Of a stretch of 64,000 nucleotides of DNA, positions 49,190 through 62,621 are shown piece by piece. Below the pieces are notes generated by a model. It ran no database searches. It worked only from the letters and a program-made list of their open reading frames with translations, and had not been told where the DNA came from. Both the position numbers and the translations under genes were made by a program. The number at the start of each line of letters is the position of its first letter. The stretch's first letter is position 1. The stretch comes from Sphyrna mokarran (lineage: Eukaryota): positions 54,808,001 through 54,872,000 of the forward strand of contig JAGIQG010000004.1 in assembly GCA_024679065.1 (NCBI GenBank), given 5' to 3'.

Positions 49190-50500
49190 CCTTTTCCCAC
49201 AAGTTGTGTTGTATGGCTCTGTATCAAAAACCTTCTGAAAATCCGTGTATACGAAAGCAATACCATTGCTATCATTGATCATTTCTCTTATTCTTCACCC
49301 CACCCCTTCGCTTAAAAACTTTAGCAAGTTAGTTTCGCATGACTTCCCCTTTCGAAATTTATGTTGGATCTTCCTAACAGCGCACATTTGTCCCATCCGA
49401 CTACCAATTTTATCCCGAAAAATTATTTCTAGAAGCTTGCCCATTACTAATGTTAGTAATTATTAACTGACCAATAATTGCTGGGGTTATTTTTACAATC
49501 TTTTTTGAACAAGTACATAACATTACCAATTATCTGTCCCCTCACACTACCTCTGACTGCAGAGAAGACTTGATTATTATGACCATGCTTACTTAGTTCA
49601 AATTATTTGGATACATCCCATCTATTCCGGCTGTCTTGTCGACTTTCAATCCTCTGTCTATTCCAAGCTCCGTGAATATCAGTTTTGATCTCCTCTAAGG
49701 GCCGAATTTCCTTGTCTGTGACCAAGTCCTGGGCAGTATTATCCCCTTGGTAAAGATGGATGCAATAGATACACCTGCCTCTAAGTGTCTATTCCTTTTC
49801 AACTCTACTGCTTTTACAACCTTTTTGCTATTTGCACGCTTCGAGAAGTATTTTGGATTTCCCTTTATGTTTGCTGCCGTCCATTTCTTAAATACATCTT
49901 CGCTTCTTTAATGTGCTGATTGCTTCCTTTCCGAACCTTCTGCATTTCTCCTGGTCCTCAACTCTACTTTCACCTGACACTTTTTCTTCTGTATCCCAAT
50001 TTCTTTCACTTTTTTCATCCAGGGAGATCTCGATTTTTGCCCTTCTTTTCCCGTTTAGAAAATATACCTTGACTGCGCCCAGAAAATTAATGTTTTGGAA
50101 GTAACGTATTGTTCAGCTCCAGCTCTTTCCCGCCAATATTTAGTTTCAGTCTAAGTGGCCAAGCATTGTTCTTGACTCATTGAAGTTGCCTACCTTTCGT
50201 AGTTTAGTAATTTTATCATTGATTGCCTAATTATCCTTCCCATCATTATCTTAAAACTTCTGATACAAGGTCACTGTCTCCGAAATGTCTCCCTTTTGAC
50301 ACTAGATCTAATTTATCCACTTCATTTCAAAGAGCTAGATCCAACATTGCGTCCTTTCTTCTTAAATTGGACAGATGCTGTTGTTGAAATTTTCCTAAAC
50401 ACGATACAATAATTTTTGCCCCTCTGCATGTGTTACATTATCATTATTCTCTGCTACCGTTGACTAATTAAAGTCACACATTAAAACTGCTCAATAATGT
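49190..50500 (-). mobile_element. Old CR1 LINE fragment
   Basis: Decayed endonuclease-to-RT region. Confidence 0.65.
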
Positions 50501-50534
50501 TTGTACTTTTTTTTCAATTTTCCTTTTCCTATCC

Positions 50535-51697
50535 AATTTTCCCTTGAAAGACGTCGGCTGAGAGGGGATCTTTTAGAGGTATATAAGATTATGAGGGGTA
50601 TAGATAGAGTAAATGGTGGTAAGCTTTTTCCACCATTAGAAATGGATAGAACGATGGGACACGGGCTCAGGGTCAGGGGGGGCTATGTATAAGACGAATA
50701 TTAGAGGCCAGTTTTTCACACAAAGGGTAGTGGGGGTGTGGAATGCACTGCCGAGTAAGGTGGTGGGAGCAGGCACGCTAGGGTTGTTTAAGGGTCTCTT
50801 GGACAGCCAAATGAGCGGTCTGCAGATAGAGGGATACAGCAGGACTGTTTGAATATCGGGAGGACCAAATAGTAGTAGACTATCTTTTAGTTTCGTCTCG
50901 GGAATGTCTTAGTTTTTAGCATGTTTAATTAACGATGGGACACGGGCTCAGGGTCAGGGGGGGCTATGTATAAGACGAATATTAGAGGCCAGTTTTTCAC
51001 ACAAAGGGTAGTGGGGGTGTGGAATGCACTGCCGAGTAAGGTGGTGGGAGCAGGCACGCTAGGGTTGTTTAAGGGTCTCTTGGACAGCCAAATGAGCGGT
51101 CTGCAGATAGAGGGATACAGCAGGACTGTTTGAATATCGGGAGGACCAAATAGTAGTAGACTATCTTTTAGTTTCGTCTCGGGAATGTCTTAGTTTTTAG
51201 CATGTTTAATTAAGTCTTATTTGTTTCCGCAGGCAATTCGGTCCACCTTATTGACCAACAAGGGGCATGCATGCGGCATGTCGTGCGACAGCTGCTCTTG
51301 GAGGTTGCTTCAGGAGTTGCCTAGTGCTTCACGTCGTCAGTGTATGCTTAAACTGGACCATCTGATGGGCAACATGACAGCTCAGAGACTATCGCTGTTG
51401 CTGTGCTGACACATGGATTTGGGCCTGTGTCTGCGGGAGTTTGCGCGTTCTCCCCGTGGTAGCGTGGGTTTCCTCCGGGTGCTCCGGTTTCCTCCCACAT
51501 CCCAAAAATGTGCTCTTAGGCTGATTGGGTAACAAATTGTCCCTATATTAGTCCCTATATGGGAATCTTCAACAATAGGCATAGCCTAAAGACAAGGATA
51601 TGTCATTAGGACGTTAGGACGGCGGCGTGGGCTCATTGGGCCGAAGGGCCTGTTTCCCGTGCTGTGTTGCTCTTTGTTCTTTGTTGTTGTTCTTTGT
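50535..51697 (+). mobile_element. CR1 3' end (copy D, close to copy B) with SINE-containing 3' UTR and internal 281-bp tandem duplication
   Basis: FSLERRRLRGDLLEVYKIMRGIDRVNGGKLFPPL nearly identical to copy B; 50650-50930 is repeated at 50931-51211. Confidence 0.9.
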
Positions 51698-54669
51698 ACA
51701 TACTTCTCGATAATTGGTGAAACGTAGAGTTCACCGAAGGACATACCTGCACCCTATACTCTTTGCTTATTTTTCATTCTGTATTTTCTGCAATTATATT
51801 TTACATTGGATTTCCTCTTTTAATAATCATAGATTCATGCAGTGATAGTATGCCACGCCACATAAATTGACTTTAGGGTCGGATGTGTAAATTTGGGTTT
51901 GATTGATTCCTACACTCCAGCTTTTCCCCCATAATTCCCCCCCCCCACCCCCACATTCCCGAATAATTCTTCAGGTAAATGGAAATTTGATTTTCTACCT
52001 ATTTCTACTATTCTTTGAAGTAGCACATTTTAAAACTTAAATCCGTTTGAAAACATTTCTGCTAAATTCCACTTAAATTCTGTTCTCAACTATTTTGCCA
52101 AAATTCTGCGACCTTGAGCTACCGACGCAATCGTTTCAAATTCGGTATTTTATAATTTCGGTCTCTATTATTTTGACAAACTAATCGCGAATTATAGGAT
52201 ATTTCAGAAACGGCTGGTTTAGATATGCATATGTTCCAATGATCACTCATTTTCTAGAAACGTAGGGAATCAGTGGAGATTTGTTGTTTTATGCAATTCT
52301 CAAGTTTCTCTGCAATAGTTGGACTTTTTTTTTAGCATTAAGCAACACAGCACGGGAAACAGGCCCTTCGGCCCAACGAGCCCGCGCCACCGTAATACCA
52401 AATCATTATCCTATTTTAATATTCCTATATAATAATATATATATTAATCCTAATTTGGAAAATTTTCACCATAGGGACAATTTGTTACCCATGTGCGTAA
52501 CATCCCCCAGCCAAATAAAGAATGCGGTCCATTAGTTCACTTCTCCGCAGCAACGGTTTAATTTTATATTTAGTTCATTGCAGCATCGTGGGAATCCGCC
52601 GCATGCAAATAAAGAAGATTAACTTTCGTATTTCATTTCTTAGTTTCCAGAATATGAGATTCTTTATCCTGAATATATCATATCTGATCATTTCTTTCTA
52701 TTCCTGGATATTATTCAAAATACGCAATTAATCGCAGTATGTGTTTCTCAATCCTGTCGCTTTGCATTTTTTTGTGCGTGTGACTCGTCTACGACGGTGA
52801 CATTTCTTGAATGTTTTGTACCAAATTTCTCCATGCACTGCAACAAACTTCCGCTGACCATATGGGATCCAACTATGTTTTCTGTTGACCAGTATGGCAA
52901 AGGGCGAGCAGATTTTCCATATTTGTTACTGCTTTAGACTAATGCTGCTGATTAAGGTTGCCCGTTGTGATTACATTGTTCATGATAGTTAATCTCCGCT
53001 GAAGTTGGAGGGTTCCTCTCAAGCCTATATAGCCATGCATTGAATGGGAACACCTGCTCTGGAGAATTCGCGCTGAATGCGCTTACTTGTCCGGGAAAAC
53101 GGTGTCACTTACAACTGCCATTGTAGCTTTTTTTTTCATAAAAACGGGCAGACACTTGATTGGATTGCTCGCACACTAATTGAAGACTGATACAATGTAA
53201 GTCACTTTTTCTCGATAAAGATCACCGACTGCTGTGTGAGATTCTTGATGGCGAGATAAATGCAATAAAGCATATCTTTTATAAGATAGAACATAGTAAT
53301 GGCTGGGAATCCAATTAATTTATCTGCAGTATTAGATTTGGTAATGAACATTCTTATCGAGCCTGAAGTTGTTAAGCTCCTAGATGCGACGAAGAATTGC
53401 AATCTGGGTGATTTCATACACATTCTTAGGGGTTCAATGGAAAGATGCGGAACCATACATGTTGGGAAAAATGTCATTGGAAGTGTTGTCCAACAAATCC
53501 CATTGGTCTCAGCTTGACTTGCAGAATTATGAATCGATCAAAGTATTTTGTGGCATTTGGAGAGCCCCTATGGATCAATCCCACACCGAGTGGTCCTTCC
53601 ATCAGTTTGGAACATTTTGGTAGCACAATTCCATCAAAACATGCTGTGGCAATTCCGCTGGTAGCAAGTGCATCGCCCCCATCAACACCCACATCCGTCC
53701 TCCACCGCCCCGCCCCCACCCCACCACCAACAGCGCCACTGAACACCACCCATTACACAGTATGCATGTTGGTGGCAAAGTTTCCCGCCTTTCACCTGTT
53801 GGCGACATTTCCCTCCGAGGACTTCGGTCGCTAGCAGGCAACGCCTCCGTTCTCCAACTAGTTTTTCCCTTTCCCCACAACTTAACTTTCAGAACGAATG
53901 GCTGGCAGATATTCCGTCTCACTGCAGTGTGAAATCGATGCTCTTTTCCGCTCTTTGTGGCAATGGAGACAGGATCGAAACAGTTTGCTCCTTGCTGAAT
54001 CAATCAAGGCTACATTTACTCTCCTCTCCCATACCAAACATCAACCTACCCTGCTCTTCCAGATCCGATAAATTTTACGCTTATTCCTATCCTAGGGCCG
54101 CATTACGTGATTGTTTCATGTGTCAGTATAATGCTTATAATGCATCATTTAAAAGCTTGACTGTTAATTTCTATAATTGTGAGATCTCACTATATGGCGA
54201 ACACGGTGTAGAAGACATTAATGGAGTGCATAGATGAGAGTAATGGTGAATGTATATTTAGCTTTAATATAAATACGTGGCCAATGAGGATGAAAGGCCT
54301 ATACGGCTACCTGTATGAGAAGACTAAATCGCTGCTGCCGAAATTTTAAGGCATCTTAAGAGGAAGATAAGCTTGTGAGTGAGTGGCGTTTTTCCAATGC
54401 ATTTTTTACAAATAGTTATTAACTTCGGTAAAATAAGTGTATTTGCACATGTTGCCTGGGTCTGGAGCATCTGCACCACTCCCTTTTAGGGATAGGGAGA
54501 AAACGTTGAGCCCATTATAATTGTCATTTTTCAATTCTACTGCCACGGTTTCTGTGTACCACGACGATACGTGAGTAACATGCTGGGGCGTACTGCGGGG
54601 CTTCCTCGCACTTAGTGAAGAATTTGAACCGCATTTACATAAAGGGTTGAATGTTAAATATTTAGACTT

Positions 54670-57600
54670 GTAATCATAGAATCATGGAACAATGAAGAGG
54701 CCCTGCCGCCCATTGAACCTGCATCGCCATATTAGAATCACCTGAACTCCCGCCTAATCTCATCAGCTGGCACTTGGTCCATAGTCCTGGATGTTATGAC
54801 GTGCCAATCGCTCATCCAGGTGCACTTTAAAGTATGTGAAGCAACACTCCCAGGAGTGCATACAGGCCGTTACCAACCTCTGGGTAAAAAAGTCTTCCCT
54901 CACATGTCCCCTTAAATCTCCTGTCCCTTACCTTGAACCTATGTCTTCTTGTGACTGACTCTTCAACTAACGGGAACAGCTGCTCCCCACCCACTCTGTC
55001 CATGTCCTTCATTATCCTGTACAAGTCGCCCCTCAGTCTTCTCTGCTCCAACGAAAACAATCCAAGCCTATCCATCCTCCCTTCATAGCGTTAAATGTTT
55101 CATTTCAGGCAGCATCCTGGAGAATCTCGTCTGCACCCCCTCGAGTGCAATCAACTCTTCCTATAATATGGTGACCAGAACTGCACACAATACTCTAGCT
55201 GGTGTCTCACCAAATTTCTATAGAAAGATTACTTTCCTGCTTTTGTAATCTATGCTTTGATTGATAAAGGCAAGTGTCCCATATGCATTTTCACTATTTT
55301 ACTAATATGCCCTTCCGGCTCCAGGGATCTGTGGACTAACATGCCAAAGTCCCTTCGTTCCACGGAATTTCCTAGCTTCGACCATTCATTGAATGCTTTC
55401 TTATCAAATTACTCTTTCTAACGTGTATCCCCTCACACTTTCCAGGGTTAAATTCCATTTGCCACTTATCCGCCCATTTGATAACTCCATTTATACGTTC
55501 TTTTAGGTAGGTAGCCCCGCTGCTAACCACCTGGCAAATCTTTGTGTCATTTGCAAACTTATTAATGCTTCCCCACGAAGTCATCTATGCCATTTCCATA
55601 AAAGACAAGTAATATAGGGCCCAACACGGATCCCTGTGGTTGCAAATCGACTGTGGCTTCCAGTCACTAAGAAGTCAGTAAGAATTTAGCAACACCAATT
55701 TATAATCCAACCGATTTATTTGATAGTAAAAAAGCGAGCTTTCGACTCCTGTGTCTTCCTCAGGCAAATGCAGTGTTCTGGTTTGCAATAGCACACATCA
55801 GCATAGACAGTCAGAGATTGCTGATTAGAATGCGAATCCTTACATCTAACCTGCTATTGAAGTGTTAAAGTGGCGAACAATGTATGTGAAGGGAATCCTG
55901 AGCATTGTTGGAGAATTGTGTGTTTTCTCCAGACAGCACAGTAAGTGAGGTTTTTTGCTAACCCAGGCAAGTTACGAGGGTTACAGATAGTGTGTCATGA
56001 AGCCAAGATCCCTGTTAAGTACCTAATACGTTGCAAGAAAGGATGTCCCGAAGCATGGTATATTGGGGAGACCATGCAGACACAACGACAGCGGATGAAT
56101 GAGCATCGCTAAGCAATCACCAGGCAAAACAGTTCCCTTCCTGTGGGCGAACACTTCAGCAGTCATGGGCATTCGGCCTCCGACCTGCGGGTAAACGTTC
56201 TTCAAGGGGGCTTTCGTGATACATGACAGCGCAGAGTCGCTGAGCAGAGACTGATAGCCAAGCTCCGCACACATGAGGACGGTCTTAACAGGGATCTTGG
56301 CTTCATGACACACTATCTGTAACCCCCGTAACTTGCCTGGGTTAGCAAAAAACCTCACTTACTGTGCTGTCTGGAGAAAACACACAATTCTCCAACAATG
56401 CTCAGGATTCCCTTCACACACATTGTTCGCCACTTTAACACTTGAATAGCAGGTTAGATGTAAGGATTCGCATTCTAATCAGCAATCTCTGACTGTCTGT
56501 GCTGATGTGTGCTATTGCAGACCAGAACACTGCATTTGCCTGAAGAAGACACAGAGAGTCGAAAGCTCGCTTTTTTACTATCAAATAAATCGGTTGGATT
56601 ATAAATTGGTGTTGCTAAATTCTTACTGAGTTCTTACCACCCCAATCCAACGCCGGCATCTGTACATCCAGTCACTAAAGCAGCCTCCTGCCATCTGTCT
56701 CTCATACAATAGAACGGATTCTGAATCCACTTTATCAAATTGTCCTTTATCCCATGTGTATTTACCTTCTTTACAAATCTCCGATATGGAACATTGTCAA
56801 AGATTTTGCTGAAATCCATTTTAACCATGTCTACAGCACTACCTGCGTTTACATACCTGGTAACCATCTCAAAAAATTCAATCAAATTTGTTAGCAATGA
56901 TCTCCAGTTCCCTTCGCCCCGCACCCCATCGCACGCCCGGATAAAGCAGCCATGACTATTCAAGTGGACATGGATGCTCTCCTTCAGAATTTTTCTAAAG
57001 GTTTCCCCTGTCAATGACGTAAAACTCACTGGCAGGTTGTTATTTGCATTATCTCAGCAACCTTTTTTAAATAGCGGAACAACATTCGCTGTTCTCCAGT
57101 CATCTGACAACCCCGCGTAGCCAGAAAGGAATTGAAAATTTGTTTCAGATCTGCAATCTCCTCCCTTGTCTCCCAGAGCAGCCTAGGGCTCAATCCATCG
57201 GGAGGGAACTGGAGATTTATTCTCTTATAAGGCTGCCAATACTTCCAATACCTTGCCCTTCCCGATGTAAATTTTCTCAAGAACCTCAAAGTCCCTTTCC
57301 CTGAATTCCATACCATCGTCCTCATTGTCTTGGGTGACAACGGATTCATTCAATCTCTCCCAATCTCCTCTGGTGCCACTTATGCATCGCCCTCTTGGTC
57401 CCTAATGGGCCCCACTTTTCCCTCATTAACATCTTGATATTATTAGAGAATATCTTGAGATTATCTCTTCTTTTACCAGACTGAAATTTCCCATATCCCC
57501 TCTATGCTTTCCTAATTTCTTTCTTAAACTCCATCTTGCACTTCCTATACCTCACTAATATTTCCACTGATTTGTTCCCCTTCTACTTTTTAAAAAGGGT

Positions 57601-60000
57601 TTCTTTTCCTTCTAATTATATTGTGAATATCTCTGGTCATCCATGGTTGTCTTGGGTTTTTTTTGTGTGTCTTCTTATCACCCTAGGGGAAACATGCAGG
57701 ACTTGTACCCTACCCATTTCACTTTTGAATGCCTCCTCCGTCCCCCACCATTCTGCTCTTCAGAAGATTTTGTCATTAATAATTGTTCCCAGTCTACTTT
57801 GGCCAGATCTTGAACTATTTTACTAAAATTCACTCTCCCAATCTAAAGCCTTTTTTGCAGCTTGTTTATTTCCTTGTCCATAACAAGTTTGAATTGTACC
57901 ATGTTGTGACCGATATCACTAAAATGTTCCCTCACCAGTTCTTCAACCTCTTGTTTGGCTTTATTCCACATAATTGGGTCTAGCATACATCCTTCTCTTG
58001 TTGGACCCCCTACATATTGATCTACAAAGTTCTCCTGCACATGTTTCAAGTAACGTATTCCATCCAAGCCTTTAACTCTATGTATATTCCATTTACATAG
58101 AGTTGCTACGAGAGCACAACGTTTTAAGGTGCTGGAGAGTAGATACAGAGGAGATATCGGGGTGTTTTTTTTCACTCAGAGGGTCGTGGGTGAGTGGAAA
58201 CGACTACCATCGGTGGTAGTGGAGGCAAATTCGATAGGGTCTTTCAAGAGATTTTTGGATAAGTACATGGAATTTAATAGAATTGAGGGTTATAAGTAAG
58301 CCTAGTAGGTATGGATATCATTTGCACAACTTATGGGCCAAAGGACCTATTTGTGCTGTAGTTTTTCTATGTTCTATGTTCTAATGTTGGGAAAATTAAT
58401 ATCATCTAATATAATAATCATACTGATATTGTTTCGCACACAACCGCAAACTTGAGCACATATTTTCTCCTCAATATCCCTCTCTGTTCTATTCTACCCA
58501 CAAAGTTTCATCAGATCCCCTTTCCAAAATTGATTCCTTAGTTAATCATGTAATGCCCCTTCTTCTTTTATCTCCTCTTCTGACCCGTCTGAAGGCTCTA
58601 CATCCTATGTGTTGGGTTGCCAATCGTGCCCTTCCTTCAATCTTGTCCCTGTGATGGCAACTATATCACATTATGTATGTACTAATCAACTCAACCGAAT
58701 CAACCGATTCAAGAACAGCTACTTTCCTGCTGTCTTCAGTTCTTTGAATGGGGCCTATCTCATATTGAGTTGATCATTAGCTACATCCCAGCCATGACTG
58801 TAACACTATATTTTGTAGCCTCTCCTTTCCTTCTTTGTGTATGGTATGCTTTATTTGTATAACATGCAACAAACAATACGTTTCACTGTATAATGATACA
58901 TATAAGAATAATAAAAAAATAAAGTTATCAATTTCAATTCAATTTTACGTGCAATTCTCCTGGCGTTAAAGTAGAGGTCATCCAACCTGATCTTACTCCT
59001 TTGAAACGTAAAACAGCTGCAACTCCTCTGACTTGATTGTTTTACTGTATGATTTGGTGCCCTTATTCTGTGCCCCCTCCCCTCCCCCCGCCCCCGCGCA
59101 CCCTTATCCCCGCCGTGTTAATTTAAACTGCGCCCAATAGCACTAGCAAGAATGTTAGTTCCAATCTGATTCAGATACAGAACGCCCTCTTACATAGGTC
59201 CCACCTTTCCCAGAAATTGTCCCAGTGATCCAGGAGTCTGAAACCTCCCTTCTGCACTATTAAGCCACGCATTAATCTGCACCATCCTGTTACTTCTGTG
59301 TTCGTTATTACATGGCATTCGGATTTCAACCCGAGAGGTCCTGTTTTTCAATCTAATGCCTAACTTCCTGAATACTTCATGCAAGACCTCACCCTCTTTC
59401 TATCATTGGTACCAATATGTACCGTGACCTCGGCCTAATCACTCTCTCCCTTCAATATACACTGTAGCCGTTCAGTAACATCACGGACTCTAGCATTAGA
59501 AAGGCCACTTATAATGCGTGAGTCACGTTGATGGATACAGTAGTGCCTATCTTTTACGCAATTATATAATCCCCAATTACCATTGCGCTTCTACTCTCTC
59601 CTCCTCCTCTTATACAGATACCCTGCTTGTGGTCTCAAAAGCTCTGCTCTGCCAACACCGCCTGGAGGAACCAGCGCCCTCATCGGGCTCCAAAATAGAA
59701 TACCGATTTGCAAGCAAGGCATCAGGGGGCTCCTGCACTATCTGTCTACATCTCTTGGAGTGCCCAATGGTCACCCATTCCCTTCCTTCTTCAAATTCAT
59801 TCAACTGCGTTGCAACCACCTTCCTAAGTGTGCTATGCACAATGTTCTGACCCTCGCGGGTGTTCCACCATGTCTCCAGCTTCGGCTCCAGCTCCAAAAC
59901 CCGAACTTGAAGGAACTGTAGCTGCTCCCTTTTAAGCGCACATGCTGGCTCTGCGCGCTGGAAATGCGCCCGGCCTCCCACATGGAGTAAGAAGAGCAAA
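54670..60000 (-). mobile_element. Long decayed CR1 LINE (ORF1 to 3' tail) with nested insertions
   Basis: ORF1-like RVLELE..LET..EWVT..LANRYSIL at 59610-60089, then endonuclease, RT and 3' tail. Interrupted by Penelope (55671-56666), a plus-strand CR1 tail (about 58090-58385) and a Rex1 tail (about 58690-58920). Confidence 0.85.
55671..56666 (+). mobile_element. Penelope-like element: about 345-bp inverted arms around a GIY-YIG fragment
   Basis: 55676-56019 is a near-perfect reverse complement of 56284-56629; centre reads YLIRCKKGCPEAWYIGET..RMNEHR..VGEHF..E..LI..L.T...GLNRD; TSD TCCAGTCACTAA. Confidence 0.92.
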
Positions 60001-60149
60001 CGACTGCTGCGAGTTCTATCACATTGCAGGGATTGCTTTGGAAAGGTGGCCTTACATTGAAAGAAATGAAATGCAACCCCATTATTCAAAGAGAAAACAC
60101 TGAGTAAGAAGTAAGTTAACCTGACCTCAGAAATGGGGCAAACCCAAAA

Positions 60150-60860
60150 TCCATTAGAAAGAACATGCTAACAGAGGAAGTAGAAACTTATGCAGAGAGA
60201 TTTACGAAAGGAGCATGGTGTTTGACGAGTTCATCAGGTAGTTGTAGGTTATAACCAGTAAGACAAATGAGGGATAATTAATGGCTTTGATACAGCTGAA
60301 CATTCAAAAACAAAATAGCCCATATGTGCCAGATGATAAGCTATCACAATGTGCTACTTTGGAATGGCGTAATGAATGAAAGTGGCTGAAAGATGCATTA
60401 GCAGAGAGGAAAGAGATGTTAGAAACATATTGGCCATTTTGGGTTGGCAGGCTATAAGAAAAAAAAGGAAAAGAATCAGCGCTTGCACTTGGCGATTTAA
60501 AATATATACGATCAATAAAAATGATTAGGTTCAATGCAATGATCCTTTTTAGGAGCTGCAATGTTACATGGCGAAGTAAACTGCGAGAAGGGTGCAAAAA
60601 ACATTGCGAAGGAATATAAGCTGAAGTGAGGGCTGAAGAAAATTGCGGATGAGAAGCAATGTTTGGAAAAGTGAAGCTATCCATGTTGCAAGGAACAAAA
60701 AACGAAAAACATAATATGTTTTAAACCTGAGGGAATCAAAAACGCTCTAATTTCAAAGGACTTGGGCGTCATTTTGCCTCAATGACCGAATGCTAACGTT
60801 CACTATGGAAAAGCAAGAAATATGTTGATCGTTATTGCCATTGGATTGTAGTATACGCGA
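60150..60860 (+). mobile_element. Highly decayed CR1 RT fragment
   Basis: Remnants such as ggttggcaggctataa and gtgaagctatccatgttg. Confidence 0.5.
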
Positions 60861-62319
60861 AAATGACGCAATCATTTTCGACTGTTTCATCAGATACCTT
60901 CCTTCCATCATAGGGTCTGCAGTGGGAATGTTCGCTGATAATTCGGAGGACTCTGGCGTAGTAGAAGTGTCATTGATTTGTGATCCAGAACCCTGGACCA
61001 ATTCTCTGGAGACATGGGTTTTGATCTCTCCACAGTTGCTGTGAAATTTGAATTCAGAAATGAATCTGGAATTGTAAAACTAGCCTTAGTAATGCTGGAG
61101 ATGGTCCTTGCCTAACGCTCAAAATGTGTTATGCAGCGCCTGATGTTTCCAGAAATGGGAGTTTCATAAAATGAGGAGTTTTGAAGTAAATGTTCCGCCA
61201 TTATTAGCGAACACTCCACAACACTGATATATAATGGATGGAAGGTAATTGATATTTCGGAAGATGGTTTCAGAACGTCAACTTGTGGATCTCCTGCAGG
61301 GATCCCTGGCCTTTGACGATTGAACTACAAAAATCATTGTTAACTTTTTTCCAGCTAGATATGATTCCATCCTGTTAAGAGTTTTCATTCGTATTCGAAT
61401 CGGCTTTAAAATTTCCAGGAGCCTATGATGCCACATTCTGTCAAGTGCTGTCAAAGTCAGTAAATCTGGAATTCAGCGCTTTTGTCAAGTTTGGACAAAG
61501 TCTGCAATGAGACTGAGAGCCGTCTGCTCCCGGCAAGGAAGCCAAATTGGGCACCAGAACATTGATGAACAACTGTCGCTTCGCCGCACTGTTGATGACA
61601 CACTGCGTTACAATTTCGATGATTTAGTGTAGAATGACAAGGTACAATTGGGCGGCTAGTATTACCCCTGGAAGTAAGTTAACTGTTGTGGAAAAAATGC
61701 CGAGTGGATGTTTAATGATTTATAACCTAATGCTATACAGGCAAGTTCCAAGGATCCTTAACAAAAGTCTGCAAATAAGTAGAACTGCAAATTTGTTGTC
61801 AAATGGTATCTTTGAAATTTGTTACGCATTCATCCAACATTGCTCTCTTCCTTATTTTAGCCTTGCATGGAGGAATTTAAACAGACGGATAAATCCGTCC
61901 ATTTGAAGAGGTGACAAATTGAAAATAATGTCCAAATTTCATTTATCAAATTACTTTTAAGTTTAGGACTTATTGCCACAGATCACGCTTAAGAATGGGC
62001 TTGATTTGAAACTTGGTACTGGCCTGTTTCTAATCATTTTATGTGGCAGTAATGAACTGAACATCAGATCAAATGTAAACTGAGCCATTTACAAAGCGAG
62101 TGTTATGGTTTAAGCGTTCACTATAGAGACAATAAATAATTATCTGGATACTATTTCAATTAGCAGCGAAAGAAATTGAAGTAGCTCTCGTCCAAAGCCC
62201 TGTTCATAAAATCAAAGCCAGATGTGTTTTCACCGGTATGGCTGAAAGCAAATGTAATAACGTTACATCAACTCAAACACAGTTGAAAAAAAAATGAGCA
62301 GCACGACAACACTGCGTTT

Positions 62320-62621
62320 TGAAAATCACTGTCTCCTTGCCACCGCCTATAAAACTTTTAATTCTGCAACGGTGTTATTATCTAAAAAAAAATAAACGCG
62401 GGCAAATAAATCGACCCACCCATGGTAGAAGAAAATTAATGAATTTATATTCTTATCCTGACCCCAGCTATGTTGACCTGCTCAATCGAAAAAACTGCTG
62501 GCATCAATTGCTGTTTAGATGAGAACATCGAATTCCAAAGCCAATTCAGCAAATGCACAATTACATAAACCAAGTACTTTCTGGAAAGTAAAAGCAAGAA
62601 CAGGAAGGTCAAAGTCACCAT
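62320..62621 (-). pseudogene. Relic leader plus partial V exon paralogous to the inhibitory receptor
   Basis: MVTLTFLFLLLLSRKYLVY, then aaacag|(A)IDASSF/SIEQ...MGGSIYLP...KFYRRWQGDSDF with frameshifts and stops, paralleling DTDHTSFTVSQ...GGNFTSYC...VLWWKHGENEF. The upstream gcgagtaactac resembles gcagttactac in the intact gene. Confidence 0.45.

Noticed and set aside
53893-54072. Frame reading SVSLQCE...LWQWRQ after an AG, resembling Ig B/C strands
   Set aside because: It stops before any second Cys and has no DxGxYxC motif; compatible with chance.
62060-62150. IYCLYS...RFVNGSVYI on the minus strand as the F-G strands of the V relic
   Set aside because: Spacing from the C strand is too long and the motif is weak; not supportable without an alignment.
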